Positions 49,891 through 63,684 of a DNA stretch of 64,000 nucleotides are shown one piece after another. Origin of the DNA: Octopus bimaculoides (taxonomy: Eukaryota); contig NC_068996.1 of NCBI RefSeq assembly GCF_001194135.2, forward strand, positions 55,944,143 through 56,008,142. Direction: 5' to 3'. The translations under genes and the position numbers were made by a program. Within the stretch, counting starts at the first letter, position 1, and each line of letters begins with the position of its first letter. Below the pieces are notes generated by a model. It was not told the DNA's origin and did not search any database. It saw nothing but the letters and a program-made list of their open reading frames with translations.

Positions 49891-50416
49891 TACAATAGTT
49901 GTGAATATATACTTATATAGGCCTGAAACATGTAAATATGTATATATTGCTTAATGTATCAATATAAATCAATATAAGAAAAGAGTTACTGTGTGTTTGT
50001 GTACATATGTGTGTGTGTATAGGTTATATAATCTAGGATTGTGCTGTAAAGAACTTGAAAGAGATGGTGAAAGTAAAATATACAAAAAAGAAGCTTTGTT
50101 CTTCACTTTCTCTTCTTCTTTATTCCTACTTGTTCATGTATAATTACACATGTATCTGATTGTTAGTGTTAATGTTAGTATTAGATTATCATATGATATT
50201 GTATGGTGATAATAATGAAATAGAACATTGTTTTTCTAAGAAGTAGAAAATAGAGAAATTTAGCCAAGTGCTAGGAGCATTATGCTGCTTGACACGTAGA
50301 GAAACTGTTTGAAGAATTGTAGATTTCAAAGACAATGTGATGTTTTCTAAGAATTGTGTATTATAGAAGCACCATTATGATAGTTAATTAATGTGGGTGT
50401 GTATGTGCATATGTCT

Positions 50417-50553
<137 letters not shown>

Positions 50554-51993
50554 CTTATATGTATGTGTGTGTTTGTGTGTATTTATGTACATGCATTTAT
50601 GTACACATTTTTTCACAGTCAAATGATGAAGAAGTTTGCTCCATGATATTGAGGTTCAAAGTTTGATCCTATTGTGTTGCATCTTGGACATATGTCTTTT
50701 CTTGTACCCTTGTGTTGACTTAAGTCTTGTTGGTGAGATGTGGGTAGACAAGATCTGTGGAAACTTGTTGGAATGACTGTACCTGTAAGTCTGAGTGGTT
50801 ACAAAAATTTTCTTGACGGCCATAAAGTCCAAGATTCCATTCCACTGCATGGCATCTAGAACATGTGTGTTTTACCATAAAACTTGGAATTTTCCAAGCC
50901 ATGTGAGTGAAATTACATAGACAGAAATGGTATGGAAACTGATTGCACTATCAGTACCTCTAATTCAAAGCTTCGCTTCTGTCACAGTATGCCATGATTA
51001 CCTGAGAATTTAGTTAAGAGTATATTCATATCTACAAAGATTTCAGTTACACTTACATGTTAATACAAGGAGTTGGTAGTTTGGTTAATCTAACAACTGG
51101 AATACTTGTAATCTAAACAGACGGAAGATCAAAGATTTATTAGGCATAAGCATATTTATGATTAAGTCCATTGATCTTTGAAGAGATCAATATTGTTAAG
51201 ATAATCCGTCCAGTGTCCAAAAATGTTTTGTTACAGTAGAAATATTTGTGAATTTGTTATTGGAATTCTGACAGTGCAGTCAAGCTCTGGCTGTTATTCA
51301 CGTTTTTTCTAACTTGTTCACCTTTTTTATTTTCTAAGTTAGTGATTTTAAACTTTCTTCAGTCAACAGTATACAGAATAGAGTGCTAAATCATTACAAC
51401 ATGCCAAATGCTTTGTTTTTCCAGTTTTATAATACAAAAATAGAAAAAAATAATAGTGAATTTTGTTGTAAAGGAATGTCACATGTATCAGTGCTGTGCA
51501 TTAAAAAGCATTCAAATTTTCTTAACAACAACATTTTACTGACTAGCCCCCAAAACATGTGGCACATCTATGAGCCATAAACTGCATTCAAATGAACTGT
51601 GATGCTGTTTGTATTATTTACCTTTTATTCTGGAGGGAAGGAAATGTTTGTGTCTCTTTACAATGTCTCCAAGATTGGTGTGAGGTATGTTTCTACAAAC
51701 CTTGACATAAATACTTGCAATTGAGAGGAATCTACTAAAGACAACCACATTGCCATGTAGTGGTGGTGCTATAAATTAAATCTACCACCTATCATTGGAA
51801 ATGTTTATTCTAAATATTAAAATTGACATTTATTCTCTTAATTTCTAATACTTATAGCAATATACAACTTTTAGCATAACATACTTTTAACAAATAGTAC
51901 CAAGTGCAATGTCTTTGTGCTTAGTTTGAATTTCATTTTGGGCTGGATTCTTGTAGACATTAAATAAAAATCATTATTATTTTTTTTTTTATT

Positions 51994-52225
51994 AAGGTAG
52001 TGGCTTGGCAGAATCATTAGAGCCTCAAATAAAATGCCTTGCAATATTTCTGCTGGCTCTTTATGTTCTGGGTTTAAAAACTGCCAGAGTCAACTTTTTT
52101 GCTTTTCATCTCTCTGTGGGTTGATAAAATAAAGTATTGATTGAATATTGAATTTGATTCTATCAGCTTACCCACTCCTCTCAAAAATTGCTGGCCTTGC
52201 TCCTTAATTAGAAACGATTATTATC
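51994..52225 (+). mobile_element. decayed SINE family B
   Basis: aaggtagtggcttggcagaatcattag...gggttgataaaataaag...aaaattgctggccttg. Confidence 0.65.
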
Positions 52226-53837
52226 ATAAAGCCCTGAGAAATAGTTTCATTTACATGTTGAGCAATACATCTTCTTCAAAGTGTAATGCATGAATGTAAA
52301 TAAATGTTCATATATATATATGTAACTCATGGAGGTATACACACACTCTCTCCCTCTATTTGTTGTACATTATTAAATAGCCATATTTTAATTTTCTTTT
52401 TAATGAACTAGTTTTTTCTTAGTCTTCTATGCATTGTCTAACATACACTAGAATAATCCACCTTTCACTATATTAATCTGAAATTTGTTTAGCCTTTCTA
52501 AGTTTCAACAAGAATTTATCTTTCTTTACAAGAAACCAAAACTTTACTTCAGCAATCTTCTATATTCTATCATATTATTGATGTTTCAGTAGATGGAATA
52601 TTAAATTGGTGGACTGGAAATAGAATGCTTTGTAGCTTTTCTCTCTCTCTCTTTTTTTTATTTTTTTTTACCGTTTTACTTATGGTGATTAAAGATTAAC
52701 ATTAAGACTAACATTAAGATTAACATTAAGACAGTTTATTGTTAGAAACAGTGGAGCAACAAACTAACTGTTTTACTGTGTTTGAATTTCAACCAGTTTA
52801 TATATTCTGTGCTCAAATCTTGCCAGGAGGCAATCTTGCTCTACCTTCCTTAAAAACCAATAAAGTGTATACCCATAATATACCGAAAGAGCAAGTTACT
52901 TACATCTCTTTCATGAAACATTTGTTTTGTAACTGAGGGAAATATGATTATACATCTTGAAAAATACAAATTTGACCAATATTATCAATACAGGAATTAA
53001 ATTAACATCAAACAATTTAATTAGCCTAACCTTTTTCTTTGTTTAAAATCAATTATTCTGTTACTTCATAATTCCTATACACTGACAGATGATTATATAT
53101 ACATTACATATGTAGTAGGTGCACATTTACCCTTCAAAAGCATGGGTGCACAATATGTTTTTGCGAGAGATGTGTAAAGTTTTGTGTTAGTGTACCAAAA
53201 CTTAAGATGTCTGAGCCATACCTAAATCTTTTGCACAAACATCACTGTATGGTTATAGTTTCAACACACACATGCCCAAATCTCTATGACTGTCTACACA
53301 TAATTTTTTACACATACATACAGGCATCAAATTTGTATCATTGCTAAATTGAACTCTTCTATGTTAATTTCTAGATATAATTAATCTTTTGTTTTGTTTT
53401 AATTTTTGATAGTGTCACCATTGCATTGATTCAGCAATAGTGACCAAAATTTTTCATTATTAGTTTTTGTTATTTTTTTTGTACTTTGATGTTTTCTCTT
53501 AGTGTTCTTACTTTTTTACCCCTTTAAATTTTTATTCATTGTAGTAAATATCAAGAAATATTTCTAAAGCAGCAGTTTTATGGGGTTTTTTTTTCTAGTT
53601 TTAGAAATATTAATATTTTTGGTATTTTCCTACAGCAGACAGAATATTTTTTTAAATAACCATTTTTGTTTAAATATTTCACTTGAACATTTGTGAACAT
53701 GTATATTTAATTTTTTTTAAATATGCAGTTTATAAAAAAAAATCAATACAGCTGAATAATGAGACAATTTAGATAAAAAAAACTTAGAAAGTAAATAGCA
53801 TTTCTGGTAAATTTTGAATTGGATAAGAAATTATTTT

Positions 53838-54075
53838 TGTTAAGTTACAAACATGTGAGAAGCCAATCAATTTTGTGTCAACTGTGAAACAATGTTTATG
53901 TATCATGATGTAACTGCACATTGACACTGGTGTTTGATGAAAGAATGCACCACTTAGTTGTGGTACTTTCTTTCATCAAACATCAGTCAGTGCTCAGCTA
54001 GATCATGATGCATATGTATTGTTTAATAGTTAACAAAATTGATTGACTTCTCACATCTGTTTGCAGCTTGATAAA
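53838..54075. repeat. imperfect palindrome, about 235 bp, 6-nt loop
   Basis: actggtgtttgatgaaagaatgcaccac-ttagtt-gtggtactttctttcatcaaacatcagt, extending outward to tgtgagaagccaatcaattttg/caaaattgattgacttctcaca. Confidence 0.8.
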
Positions 54076-56845
54076 GAAACAAACAATGTAGCATCATCTT
54101 CACTTCTGTAACATTGTTTGACCAAAACATATTTTGCTTATGTTCTAATCATTTACTCTTCACTTTTCCTTGAGGAGTAATTCTTAACTGGTGTTTCACC
54201 ATTGCAGAGATGTGATTTTATTTATGTACATGGGTAGCAATTTGTTCTTTAATTTTTGGGGTCAGAGACGTAAAAAAAAAAAAAGTTTTCAAAAGCACCT
54301 GAATCTTCATTCACATATCAATAGCCTTGTCAAACACTTCTTATCAAACACTTCTTGTCAAGCTCTTATACTCATGATCTTAAACATGCAAATATTAAAC
54401 TTTATTATAATGGAAATACATTTCCAAATAAACTTTAAACTTATCATAGCAGATAAGAGCAAGCTGTGTCTTTTTGGTCTCTTTTGTAGAGTTGCCATTA
54501 TTGTACAAAGGAGTGCTGCTTTATTTCAATTTGTCAATTACCTCAAGTTGTCCATTTATGTTGATATCAGATAAAGAATATGCTTTTATTAAACAACTTC
54601 TTTTCAATGCTTTATCCAATCCAGAAGCAATATCTGCATATTCTGAAACAACTATATCTGTCAGTATAATATCTAAAATGGCATCAAATATCATAAATTA
54701 AAAATTAAAAGACATTCTGTACATTATGTACTACACTCAAGATGAGATCTTAGTAAAATATTAAACAGATTTATTGAGAGGAAACATTCCTTAAATATGT
54801 TAAGAGTGACTTTGAGGAAAGTATTAAGGTATAACCTATATTTTGAAAGGTAAGATGACCTTTACTTGGAAATGGGTCACTTTTCTTACATTTTCACTGA
54901 GTTAATCAGGGGAGATGGAGAGATAACTGTGATTCTTTTTAGGCTCCTGTAGCTGGTGCAAGGAAGAAAAAAGAAGTTATCCTCAAACCAGAAAATTGGC
55001 CCAAATACCTGCAATTGATTGGATTCTTCTAAAAGCATCCATGAAAAATATGGAGATACTAATTACATATTCAGCTGAATAGCCATAAGCATCCTCTTAC
55101 TCAAAGATAAAACATAATATTAATTTCTTACATTGGTACCACATGACCAAATGAAATAATATTACCAATAGTTTTAATTGATATAATTACATTATCCTAG
55201 ATGTGTCCAGTCTTCTGATGAAGGAAAATTACTGGAAAACTAATAAAAAGCAGCCATCTAACTGTTATTTTTCTTTTCATTTTTACTTTCTTTCTAATTT
55301 CAATAAAACTTCTAATAAACATACTGCTGAGTATAGAATGGACTTATTCTTTACCATTTTGCCCTCCACACACACACACACACACACATTCACTTTGCTG
55401 GTAGACACCTATTGGACTCTATCTAAACTGTAATGATCTGAACTCTGAAATTAATTACTTCATCAGATGCATTTTAAAAACGAATTTCTTGTTTCAGCCC
55501 AAAACTGGACACAACTATTTAGTAGCAAAATTTTGTTGATTACATATTATTAAAATTAATGGCACTCCTATCTTATAAATGGCAATCAGATTGGTAGTAG
55601 CACGTTGTCAGTGTTTCATTGTAATGAACATACCAAAGCATTATTAAGTAGTTGGGGTAAATTCTTAATTCTAAATTGATACCTGCCTGACCTTACTCTA
55701 TTAAATACCTTTCATTCATAACTCTACATAATTACACAAAATTAAAGTTGTTTTATATTTCCATTTTAAACAAATTTAATTAATTTTGTAGGGTGTATTG
55801 TATGCTTTTTTAGTGGGCTTTTTTAACTGTAAGAAGAGATAAATTACGGAATTTGTTTCTTTTAAGAAAGAATTTGTAATAAAAAATATCGATGGTTAGA
55901 TCTGTGAGGAAGGAAGATTTTTTAACAAAAAAAAAAAAATTTAAAAAAATAAAAAAATAAAAAAGCTTAAGATTTTTAAAAGGGCTTAGAGTATTATTTT
56001 TATTCCTATAAAAGCCTGAATTTGGAAAAATCAATCTGGATGCGTTTCATCCACTAGAAATTGATATTATTGTTAGTTTATTAGAATTCAGAAATAAACA
56101 GACATACGGTGCCTGGCCTTGTGACTGTGTATGAGGCATGTGTGACTGTTCCTCTCTGGAAGTACCACTGATACACTCATTAATATATATATATATATAT
56201 ATATATATANNNNNNNNNNNNNNNNNNNNNNNNNNNNNNNNNNNNNNNNNNNNNNNNNNNNNNNNNNNNNNNNNNNNNNNNNNNNNNNNNNNNNNNNNNN
56301 NNNNNNNNNNNNNNNNNNNNNNNNNNNNNNNNNNNNNNNNNNNNNNNNNNNNNNNNNNNNNNNNNNNNNNNNNNNNNNNNNNNNNNNNNNNNNNNNNNNN
56401 NNNNNNNNNNNNNNNNNNNNNNNNNNNNNNNNNNNNNNNNNNNNNNNNNNNNNNNNNNNNNNNNNNNNNNNNNNNNNNNNNNNNNNNNNNNNNNNNNNNN
56501 NNNNNNNNNNNNNNNNNNNNNNNNNNNNNNNNNNNNNNNNNNNNNNNNNNNNNNNNNNNNNNNNNNNNNNNNNNNNNNNNNNNNNNNNNNNNNNNNNNNN
56601 NNNNNNNNNNNNNNNNNNNNNNNNNNNNNNNNNNNNNNNNNNNNNNNNNNNNNNNNNNNNNNNNNNNNNNNNNNNNNNNNNNNNNNNNNNNNNNNNNNNN
56701 NNNNNNNNNNNNNNNNNNNNNNNNNNNNNNNNNNNNNNNNNNNNNNNNNNNNNNNNNNNNNNNNNNNNNNNNNNNNNNNNNNNNNNNNNNNNNNNNNNNN
56801 NNNNNNNNNNNNNNNNNNNNNNNNNNNNNNNNNNNNNNNNNNNNN

Positions 56846-56904
<59 letters not shown>

Positions 56905-57974
56905 GTATATGCACATATATATGTGTGTGGGGTTGTAGGTACATTATTAATATTACCGGCATAAGTTTTGAGGAAGGTAATAGAAACGAACTGAGTAGAA
57001 AATGAGTGATATTTACTACTGTTACTAATGCTGCTGCTGCTACTACTACTACTACTACTACTATAGCTACTGCTAAAGGTATTGAGCAAGTTGATCAGCT
57101 GGCTACCCAATTAAGAAATGATATGCATTTCTGTATATTTCTTATGTGACAAGGGAAGCATCATTGTCATGCTAGTTTCTAAACTTTTCCTCTTGAAGGA
57201 AAAATAATAATGATAATAATAATTTATCATTATTAAAAGAAATTATCGCTACTATTTTATGATGGTTATTATAAATGCAGATTTACTTAGATTTTATCAT
57301 TAAGTGTTCTTCAGATATGTTTGTGTATGTATGTGTGTGTGTGTGTGTGTATATAGTGTATATATATATATATATATTCTCGAGTCATTATTGTTATTAT
57401 ATTATTATTAATTATTATACTCAGAATAATTTCTTTTTGTATTTTTAAAATAAATTTTTTTATTAAATTTCTGAAATTAACATTTAAAAAAATGAAAAAA
57501 ATTGATAATTCAATAAAATTATACAAAAAAAAGACTTACTAAAACAACAGCAACAACAACAACAATAACGAAAAAATGGTAATGAAACTGGTATCAACAT
57601 GATCATAGGTGTAAAATATTTTAGAATTATTTCTTTCATCATTGATTTTGTATTATTATTATTATTATTATTATTATAATTCTTTTTTTTTAATATTTTA
57701 TTTTTAAAATTAAGTCAGCATGTATATCATCTAATCTTCAGAATGCAGTCAAATCTCTCCATACACTGTCAAAGAACTCCCGATTTTTAAGACAATTTGT
57801 TTTTAAAAAAAAATTTAAATAAAAAAATGGACAAACAATACTAAATAAAATATATATACTTTTTTCGAACATGGTATTTGTTTGTTGTTTTTTGAAATTA
57901 TTGTTTTGTTTAATTATTTATATTTATTTTTTAATTCTATTGTTGTTATAGTAATAATAAAAATTGTTTCACAT

Positions 57975-58396
57975 TTTTGGCATAAGTCTAGCAATTTTGG
58001 GGAGGGGATAAGTCAATTAGACCAACCCCCAGTGTTAAACTGGTACTTATTTTATCAACCCTGAAAGGATGAACGGCAAAGAGAACCCCAGCAGAAAAAT
58101 AAAAGTAATAATAATAATCCTTTATACTAAAGGCACAAGACCTGAAATTTTGGTTGGGAGAGGACTAGTTGATTACATTGGCCCCAGTGTTTCACTGGTA
58201 CTTTATTAACCCTGAAAGGTGGAATTTGAACTCAGAATATGAAAAATGGTTGAGATTTCACTGAGAATTTGGTTCAGTGTGCTAATGATTCTGCCATATT
58301 GGCTCCTTGAGTGGGTTTTCTGTATGCATGGGACTCAAACCCACGTCTCTTATATTCACAGTAAGTGTGCTAACCGTAACATCACTGTACCAAAAA

Positions 58397-58433
<37 letters not shown>

Positions 58434-58630
58434 GAAAGGATGGCAAGCTGGCAGAATTGTTAGCACTGGCCGAAATGCTTGGCGGGATTTGCCTTTCATC
58501 CTTTCGGGTTCAATTAAAGAAGTACCAGTTAAACACTGAAGTCGATGTAATCGACTTAATCCCTTTATTTGTCCTTGTTTGTCCCTTCTATGTTTAGCCC
58601 CCTGCAGCCAATAAAGAAATAAATAATAAT
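57975..58630. mobile_element. cluster of three SINE family B copies (-,-,+)
   Basis: 57975-58095 (-), 58119-58308 (-), 58435-58630 (+), separated by (AAT)n. Confidence 0.75.
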
Positions 58631-58639
58631 AAAAGGACA

Positions 58640-59480
58640 TGAAGTAAAATTACGCAAGAAGGGACTACACAATCAATTCCATGTAGCCACAACAGAAGTT
58701 GCTGGAAAAATAGGTGGAATTGGCTAATGAAGGGAACACTGAAAAAAGAGATCGAGAGCACTATACTGGCAGAGCAAGACCAAGCTTTGACCATGAACTG
58801 GAGGGTCAACCTTTGGAATGAGCAAGTGTCTCCACTGTGTCACATCTGCAATAGAGTGGATGAAACCATTGGCCATGTCACAAACAAATGCCCAAAACCA
58901 CAACAAGTTGTGGCGACACGATAAAGTAGCGAAAGTGCTACATTGGAAACTGTGTGAAAAGTGGGAGCTAAAGAGAGACAAGACGTGGTATTAACATGAG
59001 CCACAGAGAGTAATAGAGTCGGAGACTAGGAATTTCCCAATCCAAACAAATCAGGTGCTAGGGCATAACAGACCGGACCTAGTAGTTGTGGACAAGGTGC
59101 ACCACATATGCTATATAGTTGATGTTACATGCCCCTCTGTCCCATGAATAGTCAAGAAGGAAGACCAAAAGATAGATAAATACAACCGTCTTAAGTCCGA
59201 AATAGCCTGGCTATGGAAAATGAAGAAGGTGAAGATAGTGCTAATTATTGTGGGAGTCTTTGGGAACAGTATCAGAAGGTATCAAAAGGAATATAAAGGA
59301 AATTGGAATAGGGTGCCCAGTAGAACTGTTACAAAAGGTTTGCCTTCTTGACATGGCCAGACTAATCAGGAAAGTATTAGCTGAAAAGAGTGAATAGAAC
59401 AATACTGAAGGCTACAGATAGTAAGCCTGCTATGCATGAAAGACTCCAGGAGCTCCAGCAAAACCTGTAATAAAGAGATG
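58640..59480 (+). mobile_element. R4/Dong-like RLE LINE 3' part
   Basis: KGLHNQF, KGTLKKEIESTILAEQDQAL, CCHC knuckle CHICNRVDETIGHVTNKCP, HDKVAKVLHWKLC, HNRPDLVVVDK...IVDVTCP...KIDKY. Confidence 0.85.
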
Positions 59481-60156
59481 ATTATTATTATTATCCTCTT
59501 CTTTCAATTTTGCCGAGTGTCTTCCCGACACCTAGAGCAGAGAAGCTCACTGTTTACATTGGTAGGCCATTAAAATAAATGTACCTGATTCTTCATTTAC
59601 AAAGTCATGTGACAGAGAAAAAGAGGAAGAAATAGACAAAAAGGAAAAAAATAAAAAAGTAAATAAATAAAATAAAGCGGGGAAAAGGAAAGCAAATTCC
59701 CAGTGACAATGCTCTTCTCAACACATGTGACCAATTACCAGTTAAGACAATCTTTTGCGCTTCCTGCATGGATGGTAAACCAAGGATCATTCTTGAATAA
59801 TTTTCAGTTCCTTTTTTGATCATTCCAAGTGCTCCTACAATCACTGGTATTTTAACTGTCTTCAGATGCCACATCTTTTCGATTTCAATTAGCAAATCTT
59901 TATATTTTCTGAGCTTCTCAAATTCTTTTGCCGAGCTATTATGGTCACAGGGTTTCCTCATGTCAATCAATAAACAGACTTTATTGGTTTTGTCCTTCAC
60001 AACAATATCTGGTTTCTTGGCCTTGATGGTCCAGTCTGTTCATACCGGGAAGTCCCAAAGAATAGTTACATTTTCTCCCTCAGTTACAGCCTCAGGGTGG
60101 TGCTTGTACCATTTGTCAGCAGTTTTGATTTTATAATGCCAACACATTATCCAATG
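59480..60156 (-). mobile_element. second R4/Dong-like RLE LINE 3' part, tail-to-tail with the first
   Basis: HWIMCWHY...WYKHHPE...TILWDFPV*TDWTIKAKKPDIVVKDK...LLIDMRKPCD...KEFEKLRKYKDL...VIVGALG; (TAA)n tail. Confidence 0.88.
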
Positions 60157-60249
60157 TAGATATTGGCTAACTCCGTCATGTCTATAGTCCAAGGCTGACC
60201 AATGACTTGTTTGTGAATTTGGTAGATGGAAACTGAAAGAAGCCTGCCA

Positions 60250-61443
60250 TTAGCCTGGGCAAACTTCAGAGAGCTCTTACCTCTGCTGGTGACAAAGGGC
60301 CTCTCACTCAGAGTAAAAGGCAGACTGTATGACGCATGTGTACGAACAGCCATGCTACATGGCAGTGAAACATGGGCCGTGACTGCTGAAGACATACGTA
60401 AGCTCGCAAGGAATGAAGCCAGTCTGCTCCAATGGATGTGTAATGTCGCTGTGCATACTCAACAGAATGTAAGTACCTTGAGAGAAAAGTTGGATCTAAG
60501 AAGCATCAGTTGTGGTGTGCAAGAGAGATGACTGCACTGGTATCGTCATGTGGCAAGAATGGATGAGGATAGCTGTGTGAAAAAGTGCCATACCCTAGTG
60601 GTTGAGGGAACTTGTGGAAGAGGTAGACCCAGGAAGACCTGGGATGAGGTGGTGAAGCACATACCTTTGAACATTAGGCCTCACCAAAGCAATAACTAGT
60701 AACCGAGACCTTTGGAAATATGCTGTGCTTGAGAAGACCCGGCAAGCCAAGTGAGACCTAAATCCAAGGCCTCTGCCAGGGGTGTAACCAGCCCACTTAT
60801 GCATACCTTTCCTTCATTGGTCACTAAACTCTGCTTACGAAGACCTGTTGAGGCAAGTGAAATTGAAAGCGAACTAAATTCGATGACTGGCACCCGTGCC
60901 AACCATTCCTTCATTGGACACTAAACTCTGCTTGTGAAGACCTGTTGGGGCAAGTGAAATCAAAATCGAAGTCGAACTAAATCCGATGACTGGTACCTAT
61001 GCCAGTGGAGCGTTAACAGCACCATCCAAGCGTGATCATTGCCAGAGCAGCTGTCTGGCTTCTATGCCGGTGACACATAAAAAGCACCATTTGAGCATGA
61101 TTGTTAACAGTGTCGCCTTCCTGGCACTTGTTCCGGTGACACATGAAAAAACATTCAAGCAAGATCGTTGCCAGTGCTGCTGGACTGGTTTCTGTGCAGG
61201 TGGCATGTAAAAAACACCATCTGAGTGTGGCCGCTGCCAGTATTGCCTGACTGGCCCATGTGCCGGTAGCACGTAAAAGCACCCACTATACTCTCAGAGT
61301 GGTTGGAGTTAGGAAGGGCATCCAGCTGTAGAAACTCTGCCAGATCAGATTGGAGCCATCTGGTTTGCCAGTCCTCAGTCAAATTATCCAACCCATGCTA
61401 GCATGGAAAGCGGACGTTAAACAATGATGATGATGATGATGAT
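60250..61443 (+). mobile_element. 5'-truncated RTE LINE (about 1.2 kb)
   Basis: LSLRVKGRLYDACVRTAMLHGSETW...ER*LHWYRHVARMDED...GRGRPRKTW; repeated 3' UTR; (GAT)n tail. Confidence 0.9.
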
Positions 61444-61817
61444 ATATATATATAATACATATATGTATCATGTATATATAATATATATTTATATATACAT
61501 ACACACACATATTTATTATAAATATTTAGCAAAAGCAACAGAATAGCTCAAAGGCCAATAGCTTCATGCGTTATCACTAATCAAACTAGTTACAAATCAA
61601 GGGAATATAAATTTATACGCTTGTTATAAGCATATTTCCCTGGATAGCTCTGAAACAAATTATACAACTAATTACAATGTCACAGGGATAATATATATAT
61701 TTTCAAGCAGTTTGCCCATTACATCATTCAATCAATAAATACATTCTGTTTTTTTCCTATTTTGAATTCTATTTTTCCTGTTTGCATCATCTAGCCTCTC
61801 TCTCTCTCTCTCTCTCT

Positions 61818-62100
61818 CTAGGTCCACCTGACTGGCTCCCTTGCTGGTGGCACGTAAAAGCACTATCTGAACATGATTGATGCCAAGCCCGTCTGACTAG
61901 CTCCTCTGCTGGTGGCATATAAAAAGCACATATTACACTCTCAGAGTGGTTGACATTAGGAAGGGCATCCAGCTGTAGAAACATTGCCAGATCAGATTAG
62001 AGCGTGGTGCAGCCTCCTGGCTTCCCAGACCCCAGTCAAACTATCTGACCCATGCCAGCATGGAAAACAGACGTTAAACAATGATGATGATGATGATGAT
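61818..62100 (+). mobile_element. RTE 3'-end copy
   Basis: Two 65-bp UTR units, then aagggcatccagctgtagaaac...gacgttaaacaatgatgatg. Confidence 0.85.
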
Positions 62101-62208
62101 ATATATTATTTAGAACAGTTTGATTCAAACCAAACTGCTTTAAATAATACCTGTAACACTTATTAAATGTGTTGAGTGTCCTGTTCTTTTGTTTGTCCAC
62201 TCATTCAA

Positions 62209-62242
<34 letters not shown>

Positions 62243-62437
62243 CATTTTCATCATGTTGAACCGTTAATCCATACACGTTTTTTTTTCTCTCAGCTTTTTC
62301 TATTATTCTCTCTCTGTTTCTGTCAATGAGTGTAGGCTCAAAACATCAAAGACTTTTCCATTCTTTCTGAGTGTCAAACTTATACATCTATTTGTTGTTC
62401 CTTTACTTGTCTTTGTCTCTTGCTTTCTGTAAGTTTG

Positions 62438-62475
<38 letters not shown>

Positions 62476-62485
62476 NNNNNNNNNN

Positions 62486-62519
<34 letters not shown>

Positions 62520-63630
62520 TGGATCTAGTGAATATATGCATCTATATATCAATGAATGAGATGTAAACTGCAATGAAAAGCAACAAATATGGCCAAATAT
62601 GCTTCTGATATAGCTAACATGGTAACAATGTCGGAAAATGAATTCAGAACCGCCATATATACGAATAAATATAATAAATACTCATGCAGAGAAAAAATCA
62701 AAATGCCCACTGATGAACCTTTGTATGAGTACAAATCTTGTATATAAATGTACTGTGCACACAAGAGGAGGGCTGTATGTTTATATTGGGCAAATAATGG
62801 CTGATTCATTTAAGAATCATTATTGCAAATATGTTACCAGCTTCTAGAGAATCAATAAGAGACATTCAACATCTTTGGCTGATTTTGTGTGGCAACTGAA
62901 GGAAAATAGAGTTAAGTGTAGCATAATTTGGTCCATAATAAGGCAAAGAAACCCATACAATGTCATTTCCAGGAGATGCTGACCCTGCTTCGAGGAATCC
63001 CAGTCTATTCTGTGGACCAATGAAAAAAATCATTAATAGAATTTCTCAAGATGCCTGCATGCATATAAATGTACCTCTGCACAATGCAGTGGGAATGAAT
63101 TTGGGTAACTGTTAACATAATTTACTTTAAGGTATGGATGAATTAAGTTTAGCTTTAACTTCTCCATTTTTATAAACTAAAGTAGCTATTTAACTTGCTA
63201 TGTTATTGCATGTTCATCAAACCACACGCATGCGTATGCCTACATCTTTGTGGATGCTTGTATGAGCAAGTGTACACCCACCATGCAGCTTGCGCAAGGG
63301 TGTTTATACATCCATATCAATTAACAGTTATTTTTAATACTTTTCTCTCTGTATTGCGTGTTCATTTCTTTTTTGCATCTGTTATTTTATTTTTGATCTT
63401 CCACATAAATATGTCATTTAATTTGCTGTTTTTCTTTACATGAAATGAGAAGATACATTGCAGAACTGTTATCTTAATGAGTTTTATCTATTTATCACCC
63501 AGAAAGACACATCTACTCCATGCTCTTGAACTTCTTGTTAAGTGTCCCACCCATGCAGGATGATGCTAGATGTATCAAAACAATTGTTGTGATTAATAAA
63601 AATTCTTGTATCTTCCATCTTCCATCTTTA

Positions 63631-63684
<54 letters not shown>

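Noticed and set aside
55440-55500. CTGATGA and GAAAC on the minus strand as a permuted hammerhead
   Set aside because: No stem I or II pairing could be built; the same holds for CTGATGA at 55215.
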